Shown one piece after another: positions 19,281-30,874 of a DNA stretch of 64,000 bases (within the stretch, counting starts at the first letter, position 1; each line of letters begins with the position of its first letter). The stretch is from an uncultured Nitrospinota bacterium (GTDB lineage: Bacteria > Tectomicrobia > Entotheonellia > J063 > CAVPRW01): the NCBI GenBank assembly GCA_963707985.1, contig CAVPRW010000035.1, positions 1 through 64,000 on the forward strand. Direction: 5' to 3'. Made by a program: the position numbers and the translations under genes. The notes under the pieces are model-generated. The model was given only the letters and a program-made list of their open reading frames with translations, was not told the origin of the DNA and made no database searches.

Positions 19281-21582
19281 ATGGACTGGCTGAATCAGCA
19301 TCTATGCCGCACCATAGCCTTACTGTCCGTTGTTTTCCTTACCCTGGCATCTGTGAAACAGATTGCCGCCCAACAAGGCAGACCACTACCAGCACCGCCT
19401 TCCGCATCTGGGAGCATAAGCACGCCAGGGTCTGGCGTGCTATCGACTCCAGGCCTGGGCGCGGTTGGTTCCGAGGTTGTTCCCAGCCCAGGAATCCAGC
19501 CCCCAAACCCATTTCTGGCGCCGGAAATGCCGCCACTGGCTCCAGAGTCCCGCCCACCCATGCCACCAACGCCCCCTTCGGCAACGCCCACTCCGGGTGA
19601 CCGAAAGCCTGAAAAAGATCCGGCTCGGAGCCTGGATCGTCCAGAACAACCGGCGGGTGCAGCGTTACTTACCCGCTCTCCCATCGAACAAATATTCGGG
19701 GGCGATCCACTCCAAACCAGGCCTTCGCGCGATCTGCGACAGTTTGGGTATGATCTGTTCAGGGAGCCGGTTTCCACCTTCGCCCCCGTGACCGACGCAC
19801 CGGTAGGGCCGGATTATATCCTCGGGCCAGGGGATGTGATGCAAGCCTATCTCTGGGGGATGGTCGACAATGTCCTGACCCTACAGGTGAATCGCCAAGG
19901 CGAAATCTTCGTGCCCCGCGTGGGGACCATTCCCGTGTGGGGGATGCCTCTCGGCGAAGTCAGACGCGTTATCCATGATCAGCTCAGCAGGCAATATGCT
20001 GGTTTCCGCATGAGCCTCAATTTAAGCGCACTGCGGAGCATTCAGGTGTTTGTCATCGGTGAAGTGGCCCAACCGGGTGTGTATACGGTCAGTTCACTCT
20101 CGAGCATGGTGCATGCCCTGTTTGCAGCAGGTGGACCCAGCAAGCTCGGATCGCTCCGAACGATCAGGCTGATCCGCAACAACCGCACGATTGGCACCTT
20201 AGATCTGTACGATTTTTTGCTGAGAGGAGAACGGGCGCGTGACTTCCGCCTGGAGTCGGGTGACACGGTCTTCGTTCCACCAATTGGTCCAGTGGTCGGC
20301 GTTGCGGGCAACGTCAAACGCCCAGCTATCTATGAGTTGATTGGGATGACGCGTATCGGCGATATGTTCCAGATGGCCGGTGGTGTGTCTCCCACGGGCT
20401 ATCTGCAACGGGTTCAGATCGAGCGCGTCAAGCCGCACACCGAGAAACTTATCCTCGACCTCCGGCTCGATGATCTGACAACCGGCACTCGTGCCCCTAA
20501 TAACCTGCAGGTGGAGGATGGCGACCTTATCAAGGTTTTTCCCATTGATACGCGGATCTACAATGTAGTGTTTCTGGAAGGCTCGGTGCGCCGACCAGGG
20601 GAATATGAGCTAAAAAACGGCATGCGGCTGGGCGATCTCTTGCCGCCAGCGGAGGTCTTGCCGGAAGCCTATGTTGATCGAATCGAGGTCATCCGCACCA
20701 GGCACTGATTTCACACGCCAACTTTTGACCTCTGATCTGCGGAAGCTGTGGCAGGGGGATTACTCGCAAAATTTGCTTCTTGAACCAAGCGATCACATCG
20801 CTGTCAGCTCCGAGAGCCGGCCGTTAGGAGTAGTGACACTACGAGGGGAAATCAAGCGTCCAGGGACGTATCCGATTATCCAAGGTGAACGGCTCAGCTC
20901 AGTCCTGAAACGGTCTGGGGGGTACACCGAGGAAGCCTATCTGATGGGTGCTGTCTTTATTCGTGAACAGTTACGCAGACAACAGCAAGGGGAATTGGAT
21001 CGTTTCGTTAAGTCTCAGGAGGAAGCGCTTCTCCTCGAATCTGCCCGTATCGGCGCTGGCTCGTTGCAGCTCGCGGGGAATGGTCGCGAGGAGGCAGCAC
21101 TCCAAGCGCAGACGATGCAGCAACGTCGGCTGCTCTTGGATGTGATGAAGTCCAAGGTCGTCCTCGGTCGGCTAGTGGTGAAACTCGACGCGCCAGAGAC
21201 TTTGGAGGGCACACCGAGTGACATCCCCATTGAGCAGGGGGACATCCTCATCGTTCCTAAACAGCCCAGCGCTGTCCTCGTGATCGGCAGCGTCCGGAAT
21301 CCAGCCGCAGTAGTGTATCACGGTGGACGCGATGTCGACTACTACCTGACTCAGGCCGGAGGGCTCAGCAAGGAAGCGGACAAGGGTGAGCTGTACATCC
21401 TAAAAGCTGATGGTTCCAGCATGGCGGGGTTCTTGAAGCTGCGGAAGGTTGAGGCCGGAGATACCATCGTGGTCCCCGCCAAGGTGGATGCGAAAGTGCG
21501 AACCATGCCGGCGGTCAGAGATGTCGCCACCATCCTCGGGCAGTTCGCCTTAAGCGTGGGAGTCATTGTGGCGCTGTTTTAG
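19281..21582 (+). CDS. Polysaccharide export protein with SLBB repeats (Wza/KpsD-like); frameshift near 20700
   Basis: QFGYDLF; DYILGPGD; repeated V.GEV..PG.Y and AGG motifs; continues in frame 20671-21582. Confidence 0.85.
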
Positions 21583-21595
21583 GGCCTAATGTGCT

Positions 21596-22801
21596 ATGAA
21601 CGAAGGACGTTCGCGGCAAAGGTATGATGACGAAGAGATTAATCTGTTGGATTACTGGAGGGTCGTGCGCAAGCATCTACGGCTCATCGTCGCCCTCTAT
21701 GTCATCGCTGTCCTGGCCGCTCTTGGCTATAGTCTGTGGGCGCCGAAAATCTTTAAGTCAACTGCAACCATACTTGCACCCGACGAACGCGGCATTCGTG
21801 GTCTGGGGTTGGCCACTGCGTTCGCGACCTCGGGCATCGCACAAGCTGCTCCAGGGTTGTCGATGCCATCGTTGACGCCGCAGCGCGATATTTTCGTCAG
21901 TATCCTGAAGAGTCGGACGATGGGCCAGGACGTGGTGCAGCGCTTTGACCTGCAAGAGCGCTATCGAGCGCCGTTCCTGAGCGACGCGATCAGACGCCTG
22001 TCCGGAATGACGAAGATTACCTTATCGAAAGACGGTGTGATCTCCGTCGAAGTAGAGGAAACCGATCCGCAATTGGCGGCCGAGATCGCCAATTTCTACG
22101 TCAACAACCTCGACCAGATGCTGACACGCTTTGCGACGACTGACGCCAGCAAACAGCGCGTGTTCATCGCCGACCGCCTGACCGAGACCGAGCGGGAGCT
22201 GCGCCGTGCTGAGGAAACTCTGCGCCAGTTTCAGGAAACGAACAAGGTCATCGCCCTGCAAGAGCAAGCACGGGGGGCGGTCGAAACTGCCGCCCAGCTC
22301 AAGGGCGAGATCATGGCGTCGGAAGTCCAGCTGGAGGTGATGCGGAAATTTGCCACCGATGCCAACCCTGAGGTCGTCAAGCTCAAGCAGCGCATTCAGG
22401 AGATGAAACGTCACCTATCGGGAATGCAGTATGGCAAAGGGTGGGTGCTGCCGGCCGAGAATCGTAATCCCGGCGAACCACGGAATGAGATTTATATCCC
22501 ATTTGCCCAGGTCCCGGAACTTGGCCTTGAGCTGGCCCGCCTGATGCGCGATGCGAAGGTGCAAGAGACGGTCTACACGCTCCTGACCCAGCAATTGGAA
22601 CAGGCGAAGATCGCTGAGGCCCGTGATATGCCGACTGTCCAGGCCTTGGATAAGGCGATCCCAGCCGACCGGAAATCCAAGCCGAAGACCATCTTCAACA
22701 TGGCCATTGCGGGCATCACCAGTCTGTTCATGGGGCTCTTGCTTGCGTTCTTCCTGGAGTATGTGGCAGGTGTGAAGCAGTCGCCGCTCGCTCACGTGTG
22801 A
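21596..22801 (+). CDS. Wzz/GumC-like polysaccharide co-polymerase (no kinase domain)
   Basis: EEINLLDYWRV, two TM segments, coiled coil, P..KSKP before TM2. Confidence 0.88.
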   Translation: MNEGRSRQRYDDEEINLLDYWRVVRKHLRLIVALYVIAVLAALGYSLWAPKIFKSTATILAPDERGIRGLGLATAFATSGIAQAAPGLSMPSLTPQRDIFVSILKSRTMGQDVVQRFDLQERYRAPFLSDAIRRLSGMTKITLSKDGVISVEVEETDPQLAAEIANFYVNNLDQMLTRFATTDASKQRVFIADRLTETERELRRAEETLRQFQETNKVIALQEQARGAVETAAQLKGEIMASEVQLEVMRKFATDANPEVVKLKQRIQEMKRHLSGMQYGKGWVLPAENRNPGEPRNEIYIPFAQVPELGLELARLMRDAKVQETVYTLLTQQLEQAKIAEARDMPTVQALDKAIPADRKSKPKTIFNMAIAGITSLFMGLLLAFFLEYVAGVKQSPLAHV

Positions 22802-24442
22802 GGCTCTCTGTGTCGGCTTGTCCATCGCATAAGCGGTCCCGGACCCACAGCGCCCCCAGCGTGATCAGCTTTCTGCTGATCCTTAGCATTTCCTCTACTG
22901 CTCTCCTCCTATGGCCACACCGCCGACCGGACGGACGTTCCGTTACGGAATTGGAGCGGTTTCGCGATCCACTGGAACTGGACCTACGACGCCATTAAGA
23001 AGCTCGTCCTTGCCGGCTTGACCGACCGTGCGGTGCTTAACACCAAACCCATGACTCGCCTGGAGATGGCCCGGATCGTTGCCCAAGCGATCGCCAAAGT
23101 TACCGGCGATGAAGGCGGACAATATGCTGATCGCCAAGATTTAGAGGATACCCTCTATCGCCTTTTGGATGAATTCCAGCCAGAGTTGGCAGGGTTGGGC
23201 GTCGAGGCTGCCTTACAGCAACGTCCCCCTCCAGGATTCTTCCAGATTAAACCCCTCGACAAACTGCAGGCGCGGGCAGCATATTCGAAAGAGAATTATG
23301 ACCTGGAGAATAATCAAGGGGACTCCTTCGAGTCAGGATTCAACAGCCGCCTGGCTACCTTCTCACGCGGTCAGATCGGGGATTTTTTCTCTGCCACCCT
23401 CAGCCCTGAGGTACGGATCAATGAAAAAGGGAGTGTGAATGCCCGCGTCCTCGAAGGCTTTGCTAAATTCACGCAGTTCAATGTCGAGGCCGGTGGTGGC
23501 CGGGAATCCCTCTGGTGGGGACCGGGGTTCAATGGGTCGATGTTGCTCTCAACCAATGGTCGTCCGTTCGACCTCATCAAAGCGGGCGCCGCCGAACAGT
23601 TCACCTTACCCTGGATTTTCGAGTACCTGGGCCCCATGAAGCTTACCTATTTTCTGGGACAACTGGGAGATAATGGCCAGTTTCCTCACACCAAGGTCAC
23701 CGGGCTTCGCCTCAACCTAACGCCTGCATCGTTTCTGGAGTTAGGGTTTTCTCGCGTCGTGCAATTCAACGGTGAGGGCCGTCCAGCGGTTGGGTTCGGC
23801 GATTACCTGCAAATCCTCTTCGGACCCGGCTCGGATGACCTGAATAGTGCGCTCAATAATAATACCCTGCTGTCGGCGGATTTTTCCTTGCGCATCCCCA
23901 ATGTGTCGCGCTACCTCCCGTTATTTCGGGATGTCGAGATCTATGGCGAGCTCGGGTGGGACGACACTTGCTGCAACGGTGTGCTCATCCCCCTGATGCC
24001 CGGAGGCATCGTCGGCCTCTACAGTCCAAATCTGTTCGGCTCTGCGCAGACGGAGCTACGCATCGAGTATGCGGCAACCTCAAAAATCCAGTTCAACAGT
24101 AGCATCTACGCCGACGGCTATGCCTTCGAGGGGAGGCCCATCGCACACTTTATCGGCACGCGTGGGTATGATTTCTACGTCAGGATGGGCCGCTGGTTCG
24201 GCCCCGACGTGCTGGTCGGTATAGAGATTGATCAGTCAAAGATCGGTCTCGTGACCGCCGGTGGCACCAATATGCCGCGTGAGAAGCGATATGTTGCTGG
24301 GCTTGACATGTCGTATCGATACGCCAAGTGGCTAACGCTCTTCGGCGGCTACCGCTTCACCCGAAGCGATAACCAGGGCTCCGTCCCTGATCTTGACATC
24401 GACAACCACCTGCTCCGCGTCGAAGCGACCTTCTCATTTTAG
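22798..24442 (+). CDS. Capsule assembly Wzi-family outer-membrane protein (5' indel)
   Basis: WTYDAI..L...G; GRESLWWGPGFNGSMLLSTN; ELG.SR...F.G.GRP; terminal Phe. The signal-like segment is out of frame near 22970. Confidence 0.82.
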
Positions 24443-24483
24443 AAATAGCAAGTGCCAAGCATGATGCTGCGGAGGCTGATCGT

Positions 24484-26227
24484 GTGACTGGGAGCAGGGG
24501 GACGGACATCGGCTGTAGCATAGGGGTTGTGCTGCTGGCGGCGGTACTCCTGCTGTGGAGGGTTTGGGCCTGGCCATTGAGCGATCCCGACGCTGGGATG
24601 TATGCCGATATCGGTGCCCACATGGCGGCCTCGGGCGACTGGATTACTCCGCGCTTTAACGGTCTACGCTATCTCGAAAAGCCTCCATTACTGTATTGGC
24701 TGATTGCTTCGACCTATCGACTAGCCGGCCCTTCCGAGTGGGGGGCACATCTGTGGCCGGCGTTGGCAGGGGTGGCGGGAGTCGCAGTGACCGTGGGAAT
24801 CGGTTGGGCGACCTTTGGGACCAGCGTTGGCGTACCGGCCGGGCTCATCTTAGTCACCACCATCGGGTATACGGTGTATAGTCGGGTGGTGTCCACCGAC
24901 CTCCTCTTTACGGGCTTTTTGTCGCTGGCCCTGTGCGCGTTCTGGCAGGGGTATCGCGGCCATATTTGGGGATGGAACCTGCTGTTGTATGTCAGCATCG
25001 GCCTGGCGGTGATGACGAAAGGGGTGATCGGTGTCGTCTTGCCAGGGATGATCATCGCGGTGTTTTTGGCTCTTTCGGGGGAGATCTGCGCCCTGAAGCG
25101 CCTGGGGTTGTGGTGGGGCATCCCGCTGGTGATAGCCATCGCTCTGCCATGGCACCTGGTAGTGGGTCTCTTGCATGAGGACTTCTTGCGTTTTTATATG
25201 GTCGATAACCACGTGCTCCGCTTCCTGGGCCAACGCGCCTTCGTCGAGGATGATGTGCCACTCTCCTTGGCGGCCTTTCTACTGGCCACGGCCACGCTGT
25301 TTGGCCCCTGGAGCATTTTCTTGCCGGCAGCGCTGCGGGAGATCGTCGACCGTCTGAGGGAGCCGACGCCCGAGCGGCAAGCGCTGCTGTTCCTTGTCCT
25401 CTGGGGTGGGATCATCCTGCTCTTCTTCGCCCTGTCACCGCTCAAGCTGGAGCACTACGGTCTGCCAGCCTTTCCTGCTCTGGCAATTATCCTCGCTCAT
25501 TACTGGCGGGACTGCGTACAGAAAGGACTCAAGCGAGCGGTCTGGTTCTTCCTCCCCCTTAGCGCCCTCATCCTACCCTCGTTGCTCTTGGCGGTACGAG
25601 CAATCCCACTCAGCAGTGCCGTGGAGACCATGTTCTCAACCGACGTTTACTCACGCATAGGGAAGGCCCAGGGTGGCTCATATGCGATCCCACTGCTGGA
25701 TGAGCTGATCCCGCTGTTTCAAAGGGGTGGTGCGGTGTTGTGCCTCGGGGCGGTCGCGAGCCTCTTGTTCGCTACACGCCAATCCCTGCGCCTCACCCTG
25801 GGTTGCTTTGTGGTGATGGCGGTCCTGCTGCAGGGTGTGATCGGCCAGGTCTATCAGCTTACGGCCGAGTTTCGCTCAGTCGCACCGCTGGCCAACCGCA
25901 TCCTGGAGCGTCTACAGGGCGACGATCTGATAGTCCATGAGGGACCGCTGGAAAACAGCGCCGGCCTGCCATTTTACACCGGAAGGCAGGTCCACGTGGT
26001 CGATGGCCAACGGGGAGACCTGCATTTTGGCTCACGCTTTCCCGAGGCGACGGGGCTCTTCCTCGGTGGAGAAGCCATTGTAGAGCTTTGGCAGGGCCGC
26101 AACCGCCTCTTTTATCGTGACAGATCGACCGGTAGACGAAAGCGTCCTACGCCTGATCACGCCACCTATGCGTCATCTCGTCGGACATGAGGGGAGTCGA
26201 TGGCTGTTCACGAATCGGCCAGAGTAG
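24484..26227 (+). CDS. ArnT-like GT-C (PMT family) glycosyltransferase; indel near 26112
   Basis: DPDAGMYA...GDWITPRFNG.RYLEKPPL.YW; MTKG; PW. The corrected C-terminus RWLFTNRPE parallels the paralog's RWLVSNHP. Confidence 0.85.
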
Positions 26228-27162
26228 GGGAGGGGAGGTGCGAGTGCATCGATCTCTCCGTCATCGTGCCTATCTTGAACGAGGCACCGACGCTCGAAGA
26301 GCTAGCTGACCGGTTGATGCGTACCCTGCATCGCATGGGTAAGAGCTGTGAGGTGATCTTCGTCGACGATGGGAGCACCGATGACTCGGTAAAGCTCCTG
26401 AAGGAGCTATATGAGCTTCATACCATGATCAAGGTCATTCGTCTTAACCGCAACTATGGCCAGCATATGGCGATCTTGGCGGGTTTTGAACGGGCGCGAG
26501 GGGAGGTCGTCGTCACTCTTGACGGGGACCTGCAAAATCCTCCGGAGGAGATCCCCAGACTCCTGGAGAAAATTCAGGAGGGCTATGATGTGGTGTGTGG
26601 TCAGCGCCTCTCGCGTCAGGATCCGCTGCGGCGTAGGCTCCTCTCATCGTTGGCTAGTAGGCTTGCCTCACGACTGGTGGGCGTCACGATGGGCGATTAT
26701 GGCTCGATGCTCAGAGCCTATCGGCGTCCAGTGGTCCAGCAAATCCTACGCTGCCAGGATCGATCGATGTACATCCCGGCTCTGGCCAATACCTTTGCCA
26801 GCTCAATAGCGGAGATTCCGGTCGAGCACTGTCGGCGTGCAGCAGGGGGCTCCAGGTATACCTTGCTCGGGCTATTGGGTTTGATGGCCGACCTGACCAC
26901 CGGTCTATCGCTGTTGCCGATTCGGCTCATCAGTCTCACGGGAGCCCTCTTGGCATTGCTCGGGGTCGGTTTCGGTCTATACCTCGCTCTGCAGAGCTTG
27001 CACGGCTCTTCGCAGATCATGGTGACGCTGCTGATGGCGCTGATTCTCCTGGCGTCTGGCTTGCAGTTACTCGCCCTCGGTTTGATCGGTGAGTATGTCG
27101 GCAGGACCTGTATGGAAATCCGTCAGCGTCCACGGTACGTCATCCAGGAGCTCTGGGAATGA
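26200..27162 (+). CDS. arnC: Undecaprenyl-phosphate 4-deoxy-4-formamido-L-arabinose transferase-like GT2
   Basis: VDDGSTD; LNRNYGQHMAILAGF; LDGDLQNPPEEIPRL; DYGSMLRAYRR; GEYVGR...RPRY. Confidence 0.8.
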   Translation: MAVHESARVGEGRCECIDLSVIVPILNEAPTLEELADRLMRTLHRMGKSCEVIFVDDGSTDDSVKLLKELYELHTMIKVIRLNRNYGQHMAILAGFERARGEVVVTLDGDLQNPPEEIPRLLEKIQEGYDVVCGQRLSRQDPLRRRLLSSLASRLASRLVGVTMGDYGSMLRAYRRPVVQQILRCQDRSMYIPALANTFASSIAEIPVEHCRRAAGGSRYTLLGLLGLMADLTTGLSLLPIRLISLTGALLALLGVGFGLYLALQSLHGSSQIMVTLLMALILLASGLQLLALGLIGEYVGRTCMEIRQRPRYVIQELWE

Positions 27163-28124
27163 ACGAGAGGCCACTGCGGATCGTCGTCTTCGGGTATCAT
27201 ACGATCGGTTTCCGCTGCTTAAAGGAGTTGCTCGACCGAGGTGAGGAAGTCTGCGCCGTCGTCACGCACCTAGATGATCCCCAGGAGCACGTCTGGTTCG
27301 AGTCGGTGGCCGAGCTTGCGCAGATGGCTGGCGTGCCTGTCCTCGCTCCGGACACGCCAAATACACCAGTGATGATCTCCCACATCGCATCGCTCCGACC
27401 AGACCTGATCTTGTCATTCTACTACCGGCGTCTCCTGTGCCCGACGCTGCTTGCCCTTCCGCGCCTGGGGGCCATCAATCTCCACGGCTCGCTGCTGCCG
27501 AAGTACCGAGGGCGTGCACCAATCAACTGGGTGCTGGTCAACGGCGAGACGCACACAGGGGTAACCTTGCACTACATGATCGAACAGGCCGACGCCGGAG
27601 ATATCATCGCACAACGTGTGGTGCCGATTGCCTTCGAGGATACCGCTTTGACGCTGTTCGAGAAGGTCACACAGGCCGCGGTTGAGCTGTTCCAGGACAC
27701 CTTCCCCCTCTTCAAGGCGGGGATTGCGCCGCGTGTGCCGCAAGATCCTAGGCAGGTGACCTACTTTGGCGGTAGAACCCCTGAAGATGGAAAGATCGAC
27801 TGGGCGAGACCGGCGCTTGGACTCTATAATCTGGTTAGAGCAGTCACCACACCCTATCCCGGAGCGTTCACGTCATTTGGCGGCAAAAAGCTCTATGTCT
27901 GGAGCACTCGTCTCATTCCCGATAGCGCTGGTGCTCGATGGCAACCGGGGACTATTGTCGGCGCCCAGTATGGGGGATGCCTGGTCGCTACCGGGGAAGG
28001 TCAGCTACTCCTGACGCAGGTTCAGGGCGAGGGGGAGGCGGTGGTTTCAGGCGAAACGTGGCTCCGTAGCGTTGGCGTGGAGGCGGGAATGTGTCTGGGT
28101 GCGGGCGTCGGTGAGGAGGAGTAG
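27159..28124 (+). CDS. Stand-alone UDP-Ara4N formyltransferase (ArnA N-terminal domain)
   Basis: VVTH.D.P.E..WF.SV; SFYYR; NLHGSLLPKYRGRAPINWVLVNGE; YFGGRTPEDG.IDW; RAVT.PYPGAF. Confidence 0.88.
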   Translation: MNERPLRIVVFGYHTIGFRCLKELLDRGEEVCAVVTHLDDPQEHVWFESVAELAQMAGVPVLAPDTPNTPVMISHIASLRPDLILSFYYRRLLCPTLLALPRLGAINLHGSLLPKYRGRAPINWVLVNGETHTGVTLHYMIEQADAGDIIAQRVVPIAFEDTALTLFEKVTQAAVELFQDTFPLFKAGIAPRVPQDPRQVTYFGGRTPEDGKIDWARPALGLYNLVRAVTTPYPGAFTSFGGKKLYVWSTRLIPDSAGARWQPGTIVGAQYGGCLVATGEGQLLLTQVQGEGEAVVSGETWLRSVGVEAGMCLGAGVGEEE

Positions 28125-28127
28125 ACT

Positions 28128-29042
28128 GTGCAGCAGGTTGCCATCAAAGTGGACGTTGATACCTGGATGGGCTTGAAGGAAGGGGTGCCGAGGCTGCTGG
28201 CGCTCTTTCGGCAATATAGTGTCCCAGCGAGTTTTTTCATCGCGTTCGGCCCCGACAACTCTGGCAAGGCGCTGCGGCGCATCTTCAAACGTGGCTTCCT
28301 GCACAAAATGTGGCGTACCAACGCGGTGCGTCTCTACGGTGTGAAAACGCTCTTGTGCGGCACGCTTCTACCCGCTCCGATCATTGGGGATAGGGCTCCT
28401 GAACTGCTGCAGATGGTCCTTGACGACGGGCACGAACTCGGTATCCATGGCTATGATCACGTGCTCTGGCAAGACCGCCTGCAGGGGCTTGGTGAAACCG
28501 GCATCACCAACGAAATCGAGCGTGCCATCGCGAGCTATGTCAAAACCCTGAAAATCCCTCCCCAGGGTTTCGCCGCCCCTGGATGGCAGGCGACCAACGC
28601 CAGCCTGGCGGTGCAGGATCGGCAAGCGTTTCTCTACTGTAGTGATACGCGCGGGGTGTTCCCGTTCCTGCCAACTATGCAGGGTAAGACCTACCGGACG
28701 CTGCAAATTCCGACGACACTGCCGACGCTGGACGAAGTGCTCGGTCTAGATGGCATGCAAGGTGAGCAGGTGAATGATGTTTTCCTCTCACAACTGCGGT
28801 CGGATCGGCTCAATGTCCATACCATTCACGCCGAAGTCGAAGGCCGAACACAACTGGACCTTTTTGCCTCTCTGCTTGAGCGCCTTGCGGTCCAGGGCGT
28901 CGCGTATATAAAGCTGTGTGACATCGCCAAAGCACTGCTGTTCCAGGGATCAGACGATCTTCCACGCGCAGCCATCCAACCCAGACCAGTTCCCGGTCGT
29001 GCTGGGCAGGTGGCGTGTCAGGTCGTTGATGCGCGACCGTAA
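28128..29042 (+). CDS. arnD: 4-deoxy-4-formamido-L-arabinose-phosphoundecaprenol deformylase
   Basis: KVDVDT..G..EGVPRL; GPDNSG; H..DH..WQ; AAPGW; SDTRG; QIPTTLPT.DE; TIHAEVEG. Confidence 0.85.
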   Translation: MQQVAIKVDVDTWMGLKEGVPRLLALFRQYSVPASFFIAFGPDNSGKALRRIFKRGFLHKMWRTNAVRLYGVKTLLCGTLLPAPIIGDRAPELLQMVLDDGHELGIHGYDHVLWQDRLQGLGETGITNEIERAIASYVKTLKIPPQGFAAPGWQATNASLAVQDRQAFLYCSDTRGVFPFLPTMQGKTYRTLQIPTTLPTLDEVLGLDGMQGEQVNDVFLSQLRSDRLNVHTIHAEVEGRTQLDLFASLLERLAVQGVAYIKLCDIAKALLFQGSDDLPRAAIQPRPVPGRAGQVACQVVDARP

Positions 29043-30756
29043 TGCTTGCCTTGATGGCATCTTGAGACCAGCCCAGCGTGAGTGCAGGCTGCTGCTCCTA
29101 CTACTCGGGCTGGGGTTGCCAATCTTCTTCCTCGGTCTGAGAGCGCCAGCGCTCTATGATCCCCACGAATCCCTCTATGCTGAGATTGCCCGTGACATGG
29201 TGGTGCGCGGGGATTGGCTGACTCCCTATCTCAACGGCACTCGATACCTGGATAAACCGCCGCTATTCTATTGGCTGATCGCCATCTCCTACACCATTCT
29301 TGGCGTATCGGAGTTCTCTGCCCGCCTGCCCATTGCTCTGGCTGGCCTAGGAGGGGTCGTGGTGACCTGGGGGATCGGACGCCACCTGTTTGATGGTCGC
29401 TCTGGCGCCCTCGCCGGTCTGGTATTGACCACGAGTGTCGGTTACTTCGTGTTCAGTCGCCAGCTTCTGCCCGACATGGTCTTCGCCTGCTTCACCACGG
29501 CGAGCTTCTATGGCTTTCTGCGCGCCGGAGAGAAGATTCGGGGTGGGGAAGCATGGAGCCTCCTGGCCTTTGTGGGCCTTGCCATGGCCGTGATGACGAA
29601 AGGGTTTGTGGGGCTATTCCCCCTGGTGGTTCTGGCGACTTATGGGCTGCTGAGCGGCAACTTGGATCCCCTGCGGGGGCTAAAATCCTTCTGGGGTGGT
29701 CTGTTGTTCCTGGTGCTCATTGTTCCCTGGCACCTCAGCATTGGCTGGGAGCATGAAGGATACTTCTGGCATTATGTTGTGAATGAACACTTCCTGCGCT
29801 TCCTGGGACAGCGTCATCCGCTTGATTTCGTCTCTCTGCCGCTGCCCATCTTCTTCCTGGTGTTATTTCTGTGGCTGCTGCCCTGGAGCCCCTATTTGGC
29901 TCTGGCCCTGCCCCGACAGTGGCCCCAACTCGGGAAACCGCTCACCCGAGAAACCGCGGGGAACCTCTTGTTGTGGCTATGGGCGAGCGTGTTCCTCCTG
30001 TTCTTCTCTATGTCACGGGCGCGTTTGCCGCAGTATTGCCTGCCGGCGATGCCCGCACTGGCTCTGCTGATCGGCTCGAGCCTGGACAAGCGGTTCAAGG
30101 GCAGCATCCCCTCCACGACAGGGCTGTTGGTCGCTACCGCTGTTTCCATGCTGCTGCCGGCGCTGGCGCTGCTCCTCGTGCCGTCCTATCTCGGCCACTA
30201 CCATCAGCTGGGGCTGCCCGATCGCGTCGTATCCTTGATACGTGTGGTCTTTGGCCTGATGGTGGGGGGTAGTGCACTGACACTCCTATGCTTTGCCCGC
30301 CGGCGCTGGCTAGTGGGGCTTGTAAGCCTGACGGTCGGCATGGTTGCAGCCTTCTACTGCACGCACCAGGTCCTCCTGCACCTTCAGCCGTTGCGATCGA
30401 GTCAAGGCCTAGCCAGGCTCATCGCAGCTGATCCCAGGCCTGGTCTACGAATCGTCCTCGAAATCGAGAAGGATGATCCTTTCGAGCACGAACAGGTTGC
30501 GGGATTAGCGTTTTATACTGGGCAATCGATCGACCTGTTGCGGCGTAAGAACCCCCCTGAGCCCCCGCTGCCATTGAAACCGACCGAACGCTTCCTACTC
30601 AGCGAGACGGAGTTTCGCCAGCTATGGACCTCATCTGAGAGAGTCTATCTGATCACCGATTCATTCCTCGATGGCGATGGTATCCTTGATCAGCAGTCGA
30701 CCTTCACAGTGATGGGCCAGCAAGGGAATCGCTGGCTGGTGTCGAATCACCCATGA
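29029..30756 (+). CDS. Second ArnT-like GT-C glycosyltransferase
   Basis: LYDPHESLYAEIARDM...GDWLTPYLNG.RYLDKPPLFYW; MTKG; many TM segments. Confidence 0.87.
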   Translation: MRDRNACLDGILRPAQRECRLLLLLLGLGLPIFFLGLRAPALYDPHESLYAEIARDMVVRGDWLTPYLNGTRYLDKPPLFYWLIAISYTILGVSEFSARLPIALAGLGGVVVTWGIGRHLFDGRSGALAGLVLTTSVGYFVFSRQLLPDMVFACFTTASFYGFLRAGEKIRGGEAWSLLAFVGLAMAVMTKGFVGLFPLVVLATYGLLSGNLDPLRGLKSFWGGLLFLVLIVPWHLSIGWEHEGYFWHYVVNEHFLRFLGQRHPLDFVSLPLPIFFLVLFLWLLPWSPYLALALPRQWPQLGKPLTRETAGNLLLWLWASVFLLFFSMSRARLPQYCLPAMPALALLIGSSLDKRFKGSIPSTTGLLVATAVSMLLPALALLLVPSYLGHYHQLGLPDRVVSLIRVVFGLMVGGSALTLLCFARRRWLVGLVSLTVGMVAAFYCTHQVLLHLQPLRSSQGLARLIAADPRPGLRIVLEIEKDDPFEHEQVAGLAFYTGQSIDLLRRKNPPEPPLPLKPTERFLLSETEFRQLWTSSERVYLITDSFLDGDGILDQQSTFTVMGQQGNRWLVSNHP

Positions 30757-30874
30757 AGCGTCGGCTCACTTTTCGACAAGCCTGTCTTGAGGTGGTTGGG
30801 GGACTCTGGAAGATGCTGTCGCACCGTGACCGGCGGGTGATATCTGCCTCTCTCGCCAGCAGCAGTACAGGGAT

